Assembly (NCBI GenBank): GCA_032718475.1
Contig: JAUCBJ010007967.1
Coordinates: 17,753 to 81,752 of the forward strand
Source: Nemertoderma westbladi
Lineage: Eukaryota; Animalia; Xenacoelomorpha
Direction: 5' to 3'
DNA: 64,000 bases
Positions 13,711 to 25,800 of the stretch are shown here, piece by piece (positions within the stretch are counted from its first letter, which is position 1; each line of letters opens with the position of its first letter). A program made the translations under genes and the position numbers. Under the pieces are notes generated by a model. The model saw only the letters and a program-made list of their open reading frames with translations. It searched no databases and was not told the DNA's origin.

Positions 13711-16700
13711 ATGGCTGACACAAGGCAAACTCTGTCAGATAGTCTCCTAGAAACAACAGCCTGTTTCTCAGATCAAAGTATAGAGAATCCCAGACCGAGG
13801 TCTGAAACCCCTCATACTGTAAGAAGGGCAACCCCTGCAGTGGTTGTGTCAGAACCTAGGTTGGTAGAAGCGATTTCGCAATTTGCGAAGTTAGTGAAGC
13901 GCCGTTGGTCTGCCATAGGCACTCGGGCCCAAGTCAAGCGGGATCAAGAAGAAGCTATAAAACAGCAGCAACCTCCTAGCCAAGAACCTAGTTCTCAGCG
14001 GCCCGATAGCTCCAGTAGTTCGGATACTGTTGAGCGGACGCCCGAACGCGGAGCGAAGATGGCGGATACGGTTTATGATGAGCGGCCAACCTATGAAGAA
14101 TCAACCGACGCCACTTCTTCTCAAGTGGAAAGCGAGGTGGAAAGCGAGGTGGAAAGCGAAGTGGAAAGCGAATTAACAGCAGCAGAGAGACCACGAACAA
14201 GAGACGCCATCGACATTTATCTGTCCGACTATCAGCGATTCCTAGGAGACGAAGAGTTGAGGAGACGGTCCAGCTGGACTTTCCCCTAATAGTGAAAGAA
14301 CCCAGCGTGTGTTGGACTCAATTGATGCTGAAATGTTAGCTGCTAACCAAGCTGAATTTGATGAAAAACTTCGCCTCGCTAGAGTCCAAGAAGAACAAGT
14401 AAAGAAAAGACGGATAGAGGAACAAAGGGCGGCGGCCATGGCAGAAGCAGAAGCGGAAAGAAAGGCAGCGGCGGCAGAAGCAAAGGCGGAAATGGCAGAA
14501 GCAGAAGCGGAAAGAAAGGCAGCGGCGGCAGAAGCAAAGGCGGAAAAGGCAGTGGCAGAAGCAGAACGGAGAGCGTCTGAGCAGACTACCCAACTGGAGT
14601 TGGAAAATCTGCAAGAGACGCAAGACAACATAAATAAACAGTTAACTGCTAGTCAAATGCAGATGATGAGACGATCTACTCCCAAACGCCAGGGATACAC
14701 ATCATCGGAGGAAAGCGAAACCACCGATCCTGAAGGCGGAGGAAATAGATCTCGTCTAAGCAGGCGTAGAAAAACATCTCACCGTCACAAATTGCCTGAT
14801 TTGCCCCCAGCTGTTAGAAGACAGCTAGCTAGCACAGACTTAGGTAGTACGGAACCCACAGACCAAACTATTCAGGTCAAAAGACTCCCTACAATAGTTG
14901 ATGAGCCTGAAATAATTAAGCCTGTCGTTCCCAAAGTCACTCCTGTGTTAGAGACCCCTGTACTTCCAGAGCTTAACTCTAAATTCCCTTTACATAGTAC
15001 TACACTGCCTGTACCCGGTAGAACAGTCCATGAGAATATCCCTGTCCTGATAGCAGAGAGAGAAATCAAAGATTTGTCTCCCGTCGTCCCACGTCAGCCC
15101 GCTACAATGTTGGCGACTCCCGCTTCGGCGGTCGAGTGGGTAGAAGAGGGACGGCGGGGGATGAATCTCCTGCTCGGACAGATGCAGGAGACTGTCCACC
15201 AGCTTAAGGGAACAGTAAGGGAAGGTAGGGCAGAATTGCAAGAAGTGCAGCAAAGTATCGCACTGGAACGCGACAAATTAGACAATATACAAAAGGGCAT
15301 ACCAATACCCCCTGTAACATTGTGTCAACCTGTTAGGTCTGAAGTATTACATGCGCAAGGTGTGGAGCCTACACGCATCTATACTGCTAGTGAAGTAGAA
15401 ACTCCTATAGCAAACCCTATTAAGGGTGATTATCGACCTGTTATTAATGATATCCCTTAAAGACCTGACAATGATCCGAGAAATTTATATACCGATAATT
15501 CGATATTAAATAACACGATGGCCCAAGAAAGCTTTACGCGTCAGATGGCTAGAACAGAAGCCCGCCAAGCGGTCAAAGTGGGAGAGATCGTCAAATTCAA
15601 TGGAGATGAGATGAAATGGTTACCTTTCAACGAATATTACAAAGATAGCATACAAAACTCTGTACTATCTAACGGAGAGAAACTTAGGTTCCTCATCAAG
15701 TGCTTGGAAGGACCTCCCAGGTTAATGGCGTTAAAGTTTATTGGACATCCAGAAGGATTAAGACAAGTATGGGATACATTAAACATCAGGTATGGTAACA
15801 AGGATAACATAGCTAAGTATTTGTATGCAAAATTAGTAGCCCCCCGACACTTCCTTAGTAGCGGGATTATAGAGTTTTCCGATGAGATTCAGGAAATCTG
15901 TAGACAATTGGACTGGTTAGGTAAGTCTCATGAATATCAGAGTTCCATGGTTATTGGAGCAATAGTCTCTACTTTACCAAAGGGTGGAGTATGTACACGC
16001 TGGGACAAGAAAGTGTTGTACATGACTGAACAACAACGACGAAGCCCTACCATGGCTGATCTCATGTCCTTCTTAGATAGTGAAGTAAAATTACAACTCA
16101 TAAAGCAGTCCAGAGAGAAAACATCGGAAAATAAGGTAAGTGAGAAACCCGTTTCTAGGAGAAGGGTAACACCAGTGTGTTACACTGACGACGGCGAAAG
16201 CCAAGCTTCTCAAGAAGAGGACAGCGGGAAAGACACAGCAAAATCTTACTATGACAACAAGACCTATAAAGACGTAAGTAAATATAAGTCTCGAACCAGT
16301 GACAGGAGAGAACAGGTTGCTAAGACTCCTCCTCAGTCTCCTAACAGAATGCACGGAAGAAAGCCCGAAGTAAGAACGAGAGTGCATCACGTTACCCAAG
16401 GGAAAGTGAGTAACATCAAACCAAACTGTGCGCTGTGCGACGGGCCCCACCGTTTGAGTGCGTGTGCTGAATTTCTAAAGAAATCCCTTGTAGACAGACG
16501 TACAGTCCTGTGGGACAAGCGGTTATGCTATAATTGCCTCAGACCAGGACACCAACGGCGAACCTGTTACTCCGACATAAAGTGTGCAAAGTGTGGCGCG
16601 AAACATCACATCTTGTTACACAGTGAGTTCGAACGAGACAAACTGAGTCAGGTAATTGAGCCCGAACTACATGTCCAATTCAGTGATGTAAACGACACTG

Positions 16701-17860
16701 ATCAAGAATCTGAGATGGAAGGATTCTATACTGACGAATTCTCCGACGCCAATGAATCCTGTTATCTAATCAATACCGCAGTGTATCGAGCACTTACTTA
16801 TGAAAAGGACACCAACAATGAGTTTCCCCCAACTACTTTTGCCAAACAACCATCTTGGAAAGCTCCAACTTCCAACGTAGGAATCAGAGAATTTCCTGTA
16901 GTGCAGGTAAGAGTTCACGGTCTTAACAAAAGTTACATAGTGAACGCCCTCCTTGACTCCGGCAGCACAGGAACATTCATCGATCAAGAACTAGCCGAAG
17001 ATATCTTTGCTGGACAACCCAAGTTCCGGACTAAATTGAATATGTCAGGAATTATGCAGGTTTGGAAATCTACCCTAACGGCAGACTACTATGTAGGTGT
17101 GTTGTCCACCCCCCAGGATAAATTAGGAGCACAAGGTATAAGGTCGGTAAAAATGGTGGCTATAAAGAACTTCGCTACTACCCAAGCAGACCTTTATAAT
17201 TGGGACGAGGATAAGAGCATCCAACATCTTAAGATACCTCGATTCCAGACAGATTATCCTGGAGTGCAAATACTCATCGGCCAAAACGCGCATGAGGCGC
17301 TCGAGACATTGGAGAAACGGCCTGCTCAACCGCAGCCACTACAAACCTATGCGGTAAGAACTAGAGTAGGTTGGTACTTCACTGGCCCTTCCCGTAGAAC
17401 TCTCAAAGAGAGATTACCTCAACAACAAGTATACCAAGTAAAGGAATGGGAAGTGGAGAGCAGTGATGTGGACGATCCAACTGAGGGAACACCATACTCC
17501 TCAGATAATGACGATATTAACTCCAATGTAGATCAATGGAGACATTGCCTTGGGACGATTAATCCAGCCGACATCGCTTCCAGAGGAGCAACTCTTCAAG
17601 AACTGATAGATACTCCAGGCTGGTTAGGTGGATCCGACTCCTTAAGTAAAGAAGAAGAAGAATGGCCTCCTCATCTTACCACGGCAGAAATTAGACAGGC
17701 CAAGGGAGCGGAGAAAGTAACACAACAACTCAATCGCCCAGCTAGTCGTTTATGTTTACTGGAAAGAGACCGAAAACTGTCCGGAAACTATGGAAGGCAA
17801 GATACTCTTCCTACGACCACTTCCCTAATCCGACAAATATCTAGGGACTCCATAACGTAA
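13711..17860 (+). pseudogene. BEL/Pao gag-protease polyprotein lacking RT and integrase cores; one frameshift (~14270) and one nonsense codon (15458-15460); 15518-17860 still open
   Basis: DUF1759-type KFNGD..W..F...LSNGEKLRFL; knuckles CALCDGPHRLSAC, CYNCLRPGHQRRTC, CAKCGAKHHILLH; protease LLDSGS; RNase H tail QWRH...NPADIASRG...W; integrase tail RPASRLCLLE; copy E reads through the frameshift and copy D has TAT for TAA. Confidence 0.92.
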
Positions 17861-17878
17861 TAACATATGGAGTGGGCG

Positions 17879-18287
17879 TGTGACTATATCATTTTATATT
17901 TGTTTTTATTTTATATTTATGTATGTATTATTATGTAATTTTATTATAATCGTTTTCTTTAATTTTATTTAGTAGAATGTTATTTTAGTGATTATTTAGT
18001 AGATTAGTGCAATATATTAGTGTTTATTACGTACGTAATTATTTATAATATATATTTAGTGCGACGGCGAGAAATAATTATTTTTTCTCTTTCCTTACTG
18101 TCCGTATCATATTATAAATACGTGACTATAGTAAGATGAAATGTCCGTACTTATTAAAGTACAATAAAGCTCCTACTATACTTAAGTATTATTGGTAGGC
18201 AGAGTATTAGGAATGCAAAGTTCAGATCCTCGTGTCTCGGCTAAACCAAGCTCTGGGTAGACCTTGGAAACGACTTGCCTCTTCACA
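17879..18287 (+). mobile_element. Candidate orphan 3' LTR of the BEL element
   Basis: Purine-rich GGAGTGGGCG just after the ORF stop, then TGTGA...TCACA inverted ends with internal AATAAA; no 5' partner seen. Confidence 0.6.
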
Positions 18288-18412
18288 CTGACATTGCTTC
18301 GTGCGATATTGCTCTTCTACCTTATATTAAATAATACATATAGTAGCGTGATGTCCCTATAACAGTAGCGTAAAACGCAAATAAATCTGTTAAACCTTTT
18401 GACCATCTGTAA

Positions 18413-18672
18413 TTCTAGTCGATTAAAATATCGCGGCACCCACCGATATACTTGAAAGACAAATTCTAGAATCAGTGGTTAACGTCCCCAGACAAGTTCT
18501 GGAATAAATCGGTGCCCATCTTAAATATTAATTTAATATTTATTAAAATCTGTAAAATTCTGATCCTTTAAAATTTCTAGTCAATTAAGATATCGCAGCA
18601 TTTACCGATACTCTTAAAAGACAATTTTATAGAATTAAGGATCCTATGTCCCCAGACATGCTCTGGAATAAA
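18413..18672. repeat. Two diverged ~96-bp direct repeats (period ~162 bp)
   Basis: TTCTAGTC.ATTAA.ATATCGC...CCCCAGACA...TCTGGAATAAA at ~18413 and ~18575. Confidence 0.75.
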
Positions 18673-19489
18673 ATTGTGTCAATTTTACCATCAAATAATA
18701 AAATTCACGGGAATAAATTTAAATTCATATCTTAAATGAATTTCATAAATTGTCATTTTGTGCAATTTATAACATTCCCAAAATTCCATTAATTAATAGA
18801 TCATGGGAGCGGAGATTCATCCTATTGAGTGTATTAGAGTGCGAGAATCTCCAACATATAGTCAATAGCCGATAAAAATAATAAAATCATGCATAAAGAG
18901 AATATTGACAATTAAAGAATTATTATTAAATAGCATCCCAGATCTGTATGCATGAGAATTACCCTAATTCTACCGCTAGCATTCCATAATGTCACCATAG
19001 CAACACCCACGCTAGAATTAGAAGCAAGTTAAAAGAACAATAGAAAGCTTGTCCCATTGCATAGCATAGAGAATACATAGCACACTGTTAGTATCCAAAG
19101 ATACACAGTAATAACGTGACATTCTGGAAGGCACTGACTAACGGACAAATGGCCTGTATGTGTACAATTGGTGACAGTTGTGTGGAATTTGTGCGTTTAT
19201 AGGTGAATGTTACTGCTAAGGTGTGTTTACAGTAGCTAGTCGCAATTGTGAAAGTAGCCCAACTCTCCTATAGAAAGAACCTAAAGTGGATTCAAGCCTT
19301 TGGGACGGACAGTGGAGTGACTTGTGCCGGTTATCGTTGTTGTGCTGTTGCTACATGTTGGCGTAAACACCGCGACGACGGTACATCGGCGCTGAGAATC
19401 CCACTGTCCGGGGGCAAAGAGAAGTAGGCAGCGACGCCCGCTCGCCTAAATATAAACTTATTTGATATTAATAAACTCAGATAGCAGAT

Positions 19490-20485
19490 ATGACGGAGTT
19501 GATAGAAGATGATCTTGGTATTAGGGAGCGATATACTCTACCTTTACAAGCATTTGTGGATAGCTTAATACGCGGTGAAGCCGATCCAACCATTACGGAG
19601 GAAGATGGTTGTTATATCGAACCGCCGATGTCCCAAGAGCAACTTGCGCGTGAATTGGACTATCGAAAATTCACCACTCGCTATACGAATCGTAACAGTA
19701 CGTATATGGACTTCCTAACTACCGGCCATCCTATCGATTTACATGATACGGACGATGTATACACCGAAAGGGAAATGGTTCTATTTAAATATCATACCCA
19801 GCGGAGTCGTAACGATAAACCGAGAATAGATCACGAAAATTCTATTCGTAACCGACTGGGAAGACGAACCAATATGCCTAGAATCTGAGGAGATTCAGCC
19901 TATCGCGCCCGGAACAGCGACAACGATTACATCCTAGAATGGTATCAAGGTCCACAGTGTCTCACTGCGTACGATTATCGACATGCCAACTATGTTTCTA
20001 GGCAACGTTGTCGGTTATGCGCATCGAGAGACCACGATACGCCCATGGACACCGACGTCCGCTGTTCCTATTTCCAAGAACAACCGACTATGGAAATTTA
20101 TTGCGCATATTGCAGACTCAATAACTTGCATATTTTTGCGGTTTGCCCTCAATATATGACTCAATGTCACCATTGTCAACTAAAGGGACATGCCAGTTTC
20201 GATTGCCCTTTTAATCACGATTTGGAAAGCGTAGATGAAATGATCACACTACGTTACATCAGAGCTTGGGAAGCGAACGCTGATTTACACTGTGATTCGC
20301 GCCATCGCTATTATCCCGGACGCGCTTACGAAGGAGTTTATGCGTTCCATCCTTATCTATTCGCTTCGGTTGAACAGAAATCACGCATATCAAGTTACGA
20401 GCTACTGAAGCGCGTCGGAGAATGTATTTCAACCAAATTCGTACGCAAATTTCTCAGGAGTGTTAATCCTAGCGACCTTCTGTAA
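19490..20485 (+). pseudogene. ~330-codon ORF with three CCHC-like zinc knuckles and one in-frame TGA (19886-19888)
   Basis: ORFs 19490-19888 and 20045-20485 share a frame with no other stop between; CRLCASRDH..C, CAYCRLNNLH...C, CHHCQLKGHASFDC; the final stop is supplied by the next element's TGTAA. Confidence 0.7.
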
Positions 20486-21268
20486 AAGCTTCTGTGGGAT
20501 CTAGCTGGCCCTTTTGCTTTGCGGTCCGAGTTCCCCCCAGGCGCTGGAATACTCTAAAAAGGCTTTCTAACTATATATATATTCCCCTCGCCCGCAAGGT
20601 ACCGTAATAGGTGTTTTAACGGACATAAAAGTCATTCTTCTAGATTTGTACTTTAGAGGACATAATCCGCAATCTCGTGACGCGATAAGCTGGGTACTCT
20701 TGAAAACAGTGTCGCTACCATGACGACGGCTAACAGCTGATATTGCCACGTCGACATTTCTTTGTTTCTTTGTTCTCTCGTGGTTCGGTTGACCAATCAG
20801 AGCGATTTTTTCTGTAGATGTGGAGCTTTGGGCAGATCATGCTAGAGCGTTCAGTCTTACTGTTTTTTATGATACTGTTGTTTTTGTTGGTATCTAGGCC
20901 AGGAACAACGGCTCTAGAGTTAACTTGTTTCATACTTTTAGAAGAAACATTAGTAGGCTTAAGATTATAGAGCGTATAACTGTTATCATATCAACTCACA
21001 TATCAACTCAATCAGTGCATATCTTGTCATATCTTGTCATATCATATCTTAACCTACCGTCTTAATGCTATTTACTGTTGTGTTTTGGTTGAATATTATT
21101 TGGAGAACATATATAAAGAACCCAAATTTCCCAATTTTCTTGATACACTACAGGTTAGAGAGAGACGGGTTATATATGGCAATTGCGACTTATATTGTTG
21201 TGGTTTGTAGTGAATTTAATGCTATTTGATAAGCACTACATTGGTCCGTTGCTGTTCTCTCTATATAT
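20481..21268 (+). mobile_element. TGTAAAAG head, copy B (truncated)
   Basis: First ~90 bp and last ~400 bp match 10243-10975 and 59743-60515; the middle differs from copy A. Confidence 0.85.
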
Positions 21269-21622
21269 TTATACGATGTTGACAACTACGACTTTAGAGG
21301 GATTGTAATATTCATATTAAAACAATAAAATAGGACATGGGGTCTATTCCCTCAGATACTACCTAGCATTTAGGGCCACTTGGGCCACTGTTAGTACTCA
21401 GGCACTAGGCCCATCAAAAAACACACAACAAAATACCAAATCGATTTTAGTGCTACATAAACCCAACCCAACTACCACAAGAAAAATTGCACCAAACCAT
21501 ACAGTAACTACAGGTTCCGGTAAGTATTGCACGAAATAGGCTATCCCATAAATTACGAAAAATATAGGACATTTTGTCCGCCGAAAAAGGTAAGTCTAAG
21601 TAATAAATTTTATAAAAATAAA

Positions 21623-21694
21623 AGGGTTTCGGAGATTTAAACACTGAACCCTGGGATTCGTGGTTCTCCTCATCAGCAGTGTGCCACGAACCCC
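21623..21694 (-). ncRNA. Hammerhead ribozyme with rearranged (non-circularly permuted) strand order, copy 1
   Basis: Minus strand GGGGUUCGUGG C ACACUG CUGAUGA GGAGA A CCACGAAUCCC AGGGU U CAGUGU UUAAA UCUCC GAA ACCCU: both core motifs, stems I, II, III and an extra 11-bp helix. Confidence 0.8.
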
Positions 21695-22302
21695 ACCTCT
21701 ACCCTAACAAAACTGCACCACTAAATTAAGATAATGACCAATAAATTAGAAATCCTACCGTACCACCCAACAGAGTTGAAACCACCCACCCCCAAATGTA
21801 TGTTACCATCAGCCCCAAATGCATAAACATGATTTCCCAACTGAATGCAACCAACCCCAATTAGCACCTACCGGTATGTACAGATATATGATCAGATTTT
21901 TTAAACAAAATTGCGCAGATGTCAGGAAATACCCCTTTAAATATATAATTATACGATGTTGACAACTACGACTTTAGAGGGATTGTAATATTCATATTAA
22001 AACAATAAAATAGGACATGGGGTCTATTCCCTCAGATACTACCTAGCATTTAGGGCCACTTGGGCCACTGTTAGTACTCAGGCACTAGGCCCATCAAAAA
22101 ACACACAACAAAATACCAAATCGATTTTAGTGCTACATAAACCCAACCCAACTACCACAAGAAAAATTGCACCAAACCATACAGTAACTACAGGTTCCGG
22201 TAAGTATTGCACGAAATAGGCTATCCCATAAATTACGAAAAATATAGGACATTTTGTCCGCCGAAAAAGGTAAGTCTAAGTAATAAATTTTATAAAAATA
22301 AA

Positions 22303-22374
22303 AGGGTTTCGGAGATTTAAACACTGAACCCTGGGATTCGTGGTTCTCCTCATCAGCAGTGTGCCACGAACCCC
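22303..22374 (-). ncRNA. Hammerhead ribozyme with rearranged strand order, copy 2
   Basis: Identical to 21623-21694, 680 bp away. Confidence 0.8.
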
Positions 22375-22872
22375 ACCTCTACCCTAACAAAACTGCACCA
22401 CTAAATTAAGATAATGACCAATAAATTAGAAATCCTACCGTACCACCCAACAGAGTTGAAACCACCCACCCCCAAATGTATGTTACCATCAGCCCCAAAT
22501 GCATAAACATGATTTCCCAACTGAATGCAACCAACCCCAATTAGCACCTACCGGTATGTACAGATATATGATCAGATTTTTTAAACAAAATTGCGCAGAT
22601 GTCAGGAAATACCCCTTTAAATATATAATTATACGATGTTGACAACTACGACTTTAGAGGGATTGTAATATTCATATTAAAACAATAAAATAGGACATGG
22701 GGTCTATTCCCTCAGATACTACCTAGCATTTAGGGCCACTTGGGCCACTGTTAGTACTCAGGCACTAGGCCCATCAAAAAACACACAACAAAATACCAAA
22801 TCGATTTTAGTGCTACATAAACCCAACCCAACTACCACAAGAAAAATTGCACCAAACCATACAGTAACTACA

Positions 22873-25800
22873 CGTTCGTGGGGCCTTCGCGCAGCACGAG
22901 GCCCAGTTATGAGATACAAATTAAAATTGTGCGACTGTATCACAAAATCAGGTTATGAGAGATTAACCAACACCACCAATTAATCAAAGAAAGGGGGACA
23001 GTACGTGTTCACCCCTTTTAATCTGCACCCCCCCCCCCCCCCTCCCTTCCCACCCACCAATACATAACCGCGACATCTACCACCCACGGAAGGGTAGCAC
23101 GAACTTATTTCCAAACGCACGTTCAATATGCAAAGCCAGGTGGTTTATAGGAATATAATCAATGCAGTACTCGTCTTCATTATAAGCCTCTTTGCGTTCG
23201 ACCTGTTTTGTATTAAAATATATTTATTAAACGCAGGCTGACGCTCTTTATAATAATAATACCTAGGGATGCCAGCTTCCAGACTTTCAATCTTTACTGC
23301 CGCGCAAACCCCGCAGAGGAAGTTTTGGTTTGAGAGATCAAGCCCATCGGGCGATTATTGAAAAATGGTCACACTTCACATCAAAAAATTAACATCCCCA
23401 TCACCAAAAATGGTTTCCATATCCTAAAAGTATGGTATCTAAAGTGTAGGAAATGGGTATGGATGAGTAAATATTTGATCGCTTAGAAAAAATACTGGGA
23501 TGTAAAGTCTGCTGAAAATTGATAACATAATTATCCTAATAATTTACGTTTTTAAAAGTAATTTAAAAATATTATGGTATACATTACCATGCAAAATGCA
23601 TGCATATTTTGGAAGCACCACTGCAGTAAACCATTTCACAAAAATAATTATTGGATTTCAGTAAGCCATCTTACGGAAACAAATGATTTGCTCACTAGTG
23701 CTGGAAATTCCGTCAGTCACAGAAATTAGCAGTAAAGTTTAGTTATTCTGAAACAGAAAGGCTTTCTGGCAAACTTTCTTATCCACAAATTCAGATATTC
23801 TCCTGACCACAATGCATGACAAGGACTTTGCTGTGAAATTAGCGTAGGCTGACTGGTGACTGATGAATTATCAAATATTATATTTTCCATGAATGCAGGA
23901 TCCATATTTGTAAAAGCCTTTGCTGAATTGCCCCGTTATTTTTATTATCTTTTACATTAAAATACTCTGTAGTTGATTTAATAAGTGTAAGAGACCGTAT
24001 TATTGTTGTATCGGTGTTTTTAGAGGATCTAAGACCTATTTCCTCCGTATGTGTACTGTGAAAGGCATATTTTATGATTCTATGGCAATTCGTGACGCAA
24101 AAGGGTGATAGCTACTCTTGAACAGTAGTTACTATGACTACGGTTAACAGCTGACATTCATACGTGTTGATTTCCTTTGTTCTACGGCGTCTCTCAGTTC
24201 AGTCAGCCAATGAGAGCGTTTTTGTGGCTCCTTGTACAGAAAATTTCCGAGAAATGACGCAATGCCTATGTGCAGTGTTTACATTCAGTCTTGAGCCAAA
24301 GAAAGAACGGCTTGGAAGTATTTTGTGTTGTACTGTTTTTTAGTCGTACACTGGTAGGTTTAATTATAAAGGGCATATATCCTTTAACTGATAAATCAAG
24401 AGATAGGAGGGGGGTGGGACTGGACGCAAATCCCATCTTGGCGAATTAATATCCCGCCTCAATATTAATTTCTAAATTTTGGGAAAGGAGCAGGTTACAG
24501 TGGCACGTTATTTTAACCAAAACAATAAAGTAAACACAATAGAACAGGTTACAGTTTTATTTTTGAGAGTAATCAGCTGTTGTTATTTGCGTCCAATTTC
24601 CCCTGGAGAGGGATGAATTTTTATTGCGTCCAGTCCCCCCCCCCCCCCCCCCCCTATCTTGAAATCAAATACCAAAAATATATTTATTATATGAACAATC
24701 TATTTGGAAATTGTAAGTTCGGCCTATCTCTTTACCATAAGCTCAGTATCTTTATCTGGTGTGTTTTTATTATTTTACCAATTATTTAATATGTTTGATA
24801 GAATTGAACAACACCGCCCAACACAACCAACTCTCTATCCGCCTCGAGCATCGAGAATACGAGAAACTCGATCGAAATACCTGCTTATCCCAGTAGTATC
24901 CGTCCGTAGTCTAGTCACCGGACCGCTGCGGTTTACTCCCGTAGAACAGTAGAATTCCCGCAGCTTCCGACCCAATTCGACAACGAATTCGCTTCACACT
25001 TTCGCGTCACAGAGAACGTAATCCAGTGCGATAACGTCTGCCCAACGTTCAACCATTTCCCCCAGGCGATCCCAGGATCCGGGCCGCCGCTAAACCCAGA
25101 TCGCAATCCTCGTCGATTCGTCCAGTCGTCGACGTAAGTCAGTAAGTGGGACTCTTCCCACCGCACTCCAAGGTGGGTGACCGGAGTGAGGCATGATGAA
25201 CTTGGCAGTGGCCCGCATTACGATCTGACCGACCGCCGTATTCCCAGTGTCTGAGTGTAGTAAATACCCAAATAGAATCGTACTGACAAACAAGCAATTC
25301 CGTAGTATTCCCCCGTTAATCACCTCTTGAAGCAACTCGGCTGCTCGGGTCCAGATACATCGGACTGTCGGGAGCGTTTCAGACATCAGACAGTAATGGA
25401 GCGGCATTTGCGAATATTTCCAATGGTTTTATAATAAATAAGGGGATTCAACAGTTCAATGCTAAAACAAATGGATTATTCCTAACCCCACCCCAATACA
25501 GCAATATACCTAACAGTATATAGCTTAGGTACCACAGTCTGACTAGCTTTAAATATTAGAGTATGAAAATTATTATAGGACCCTCATGGAAACGAGGTAT
25601 ATACCTCATGAGGCTATCCTTACACCAGAACCCTTTATTTAAGTAAATAAACATTTTATAAGTTGACTATCTACATAAATCAGTATTGGTGCTCCTAAAT
25701 ATCTAGTGTTATTAGGCCTACTTGTACTGTAGGCCTAATATCGTAACGTAATCTTTATAAATGTATTATTGTGAATTTTAAAAGGTTTAATTATGTGTAA

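Larger units (their letters stand above)
10243..20480 (+). mobile_element. Composite non-autonomous BEL/Pao-derived element, copy A (TGTAAAAG head, 3.5-kb leader, gag-protease, LTR-like segment, zinc-knuckle ORF)
   Basis: 10243-14450 is colinear with 59743-64000, and 10243-17170 with 53628-59742 apart from swapped modules; BEL gag/protease motifs; right boundary set only by the next head. Confidence 0.8.
21269..22872 (-). repeat. 680-bp tandem repeat, ~2.4 apparently identical units, ribozyme-containing (retrozyme-like)
   Basis: ATACGATGTTGACAAC recurs at 21271, 21951 and 22631. Confidence 0.95.

Noticed and set aside
20481-21268. Head B as the 3' LTR paired with head A
   Set aside because: The middle ~280 bp differ completely, no polypurine tract precedes it, and it cuts an ORF; not excluded, but unlikely
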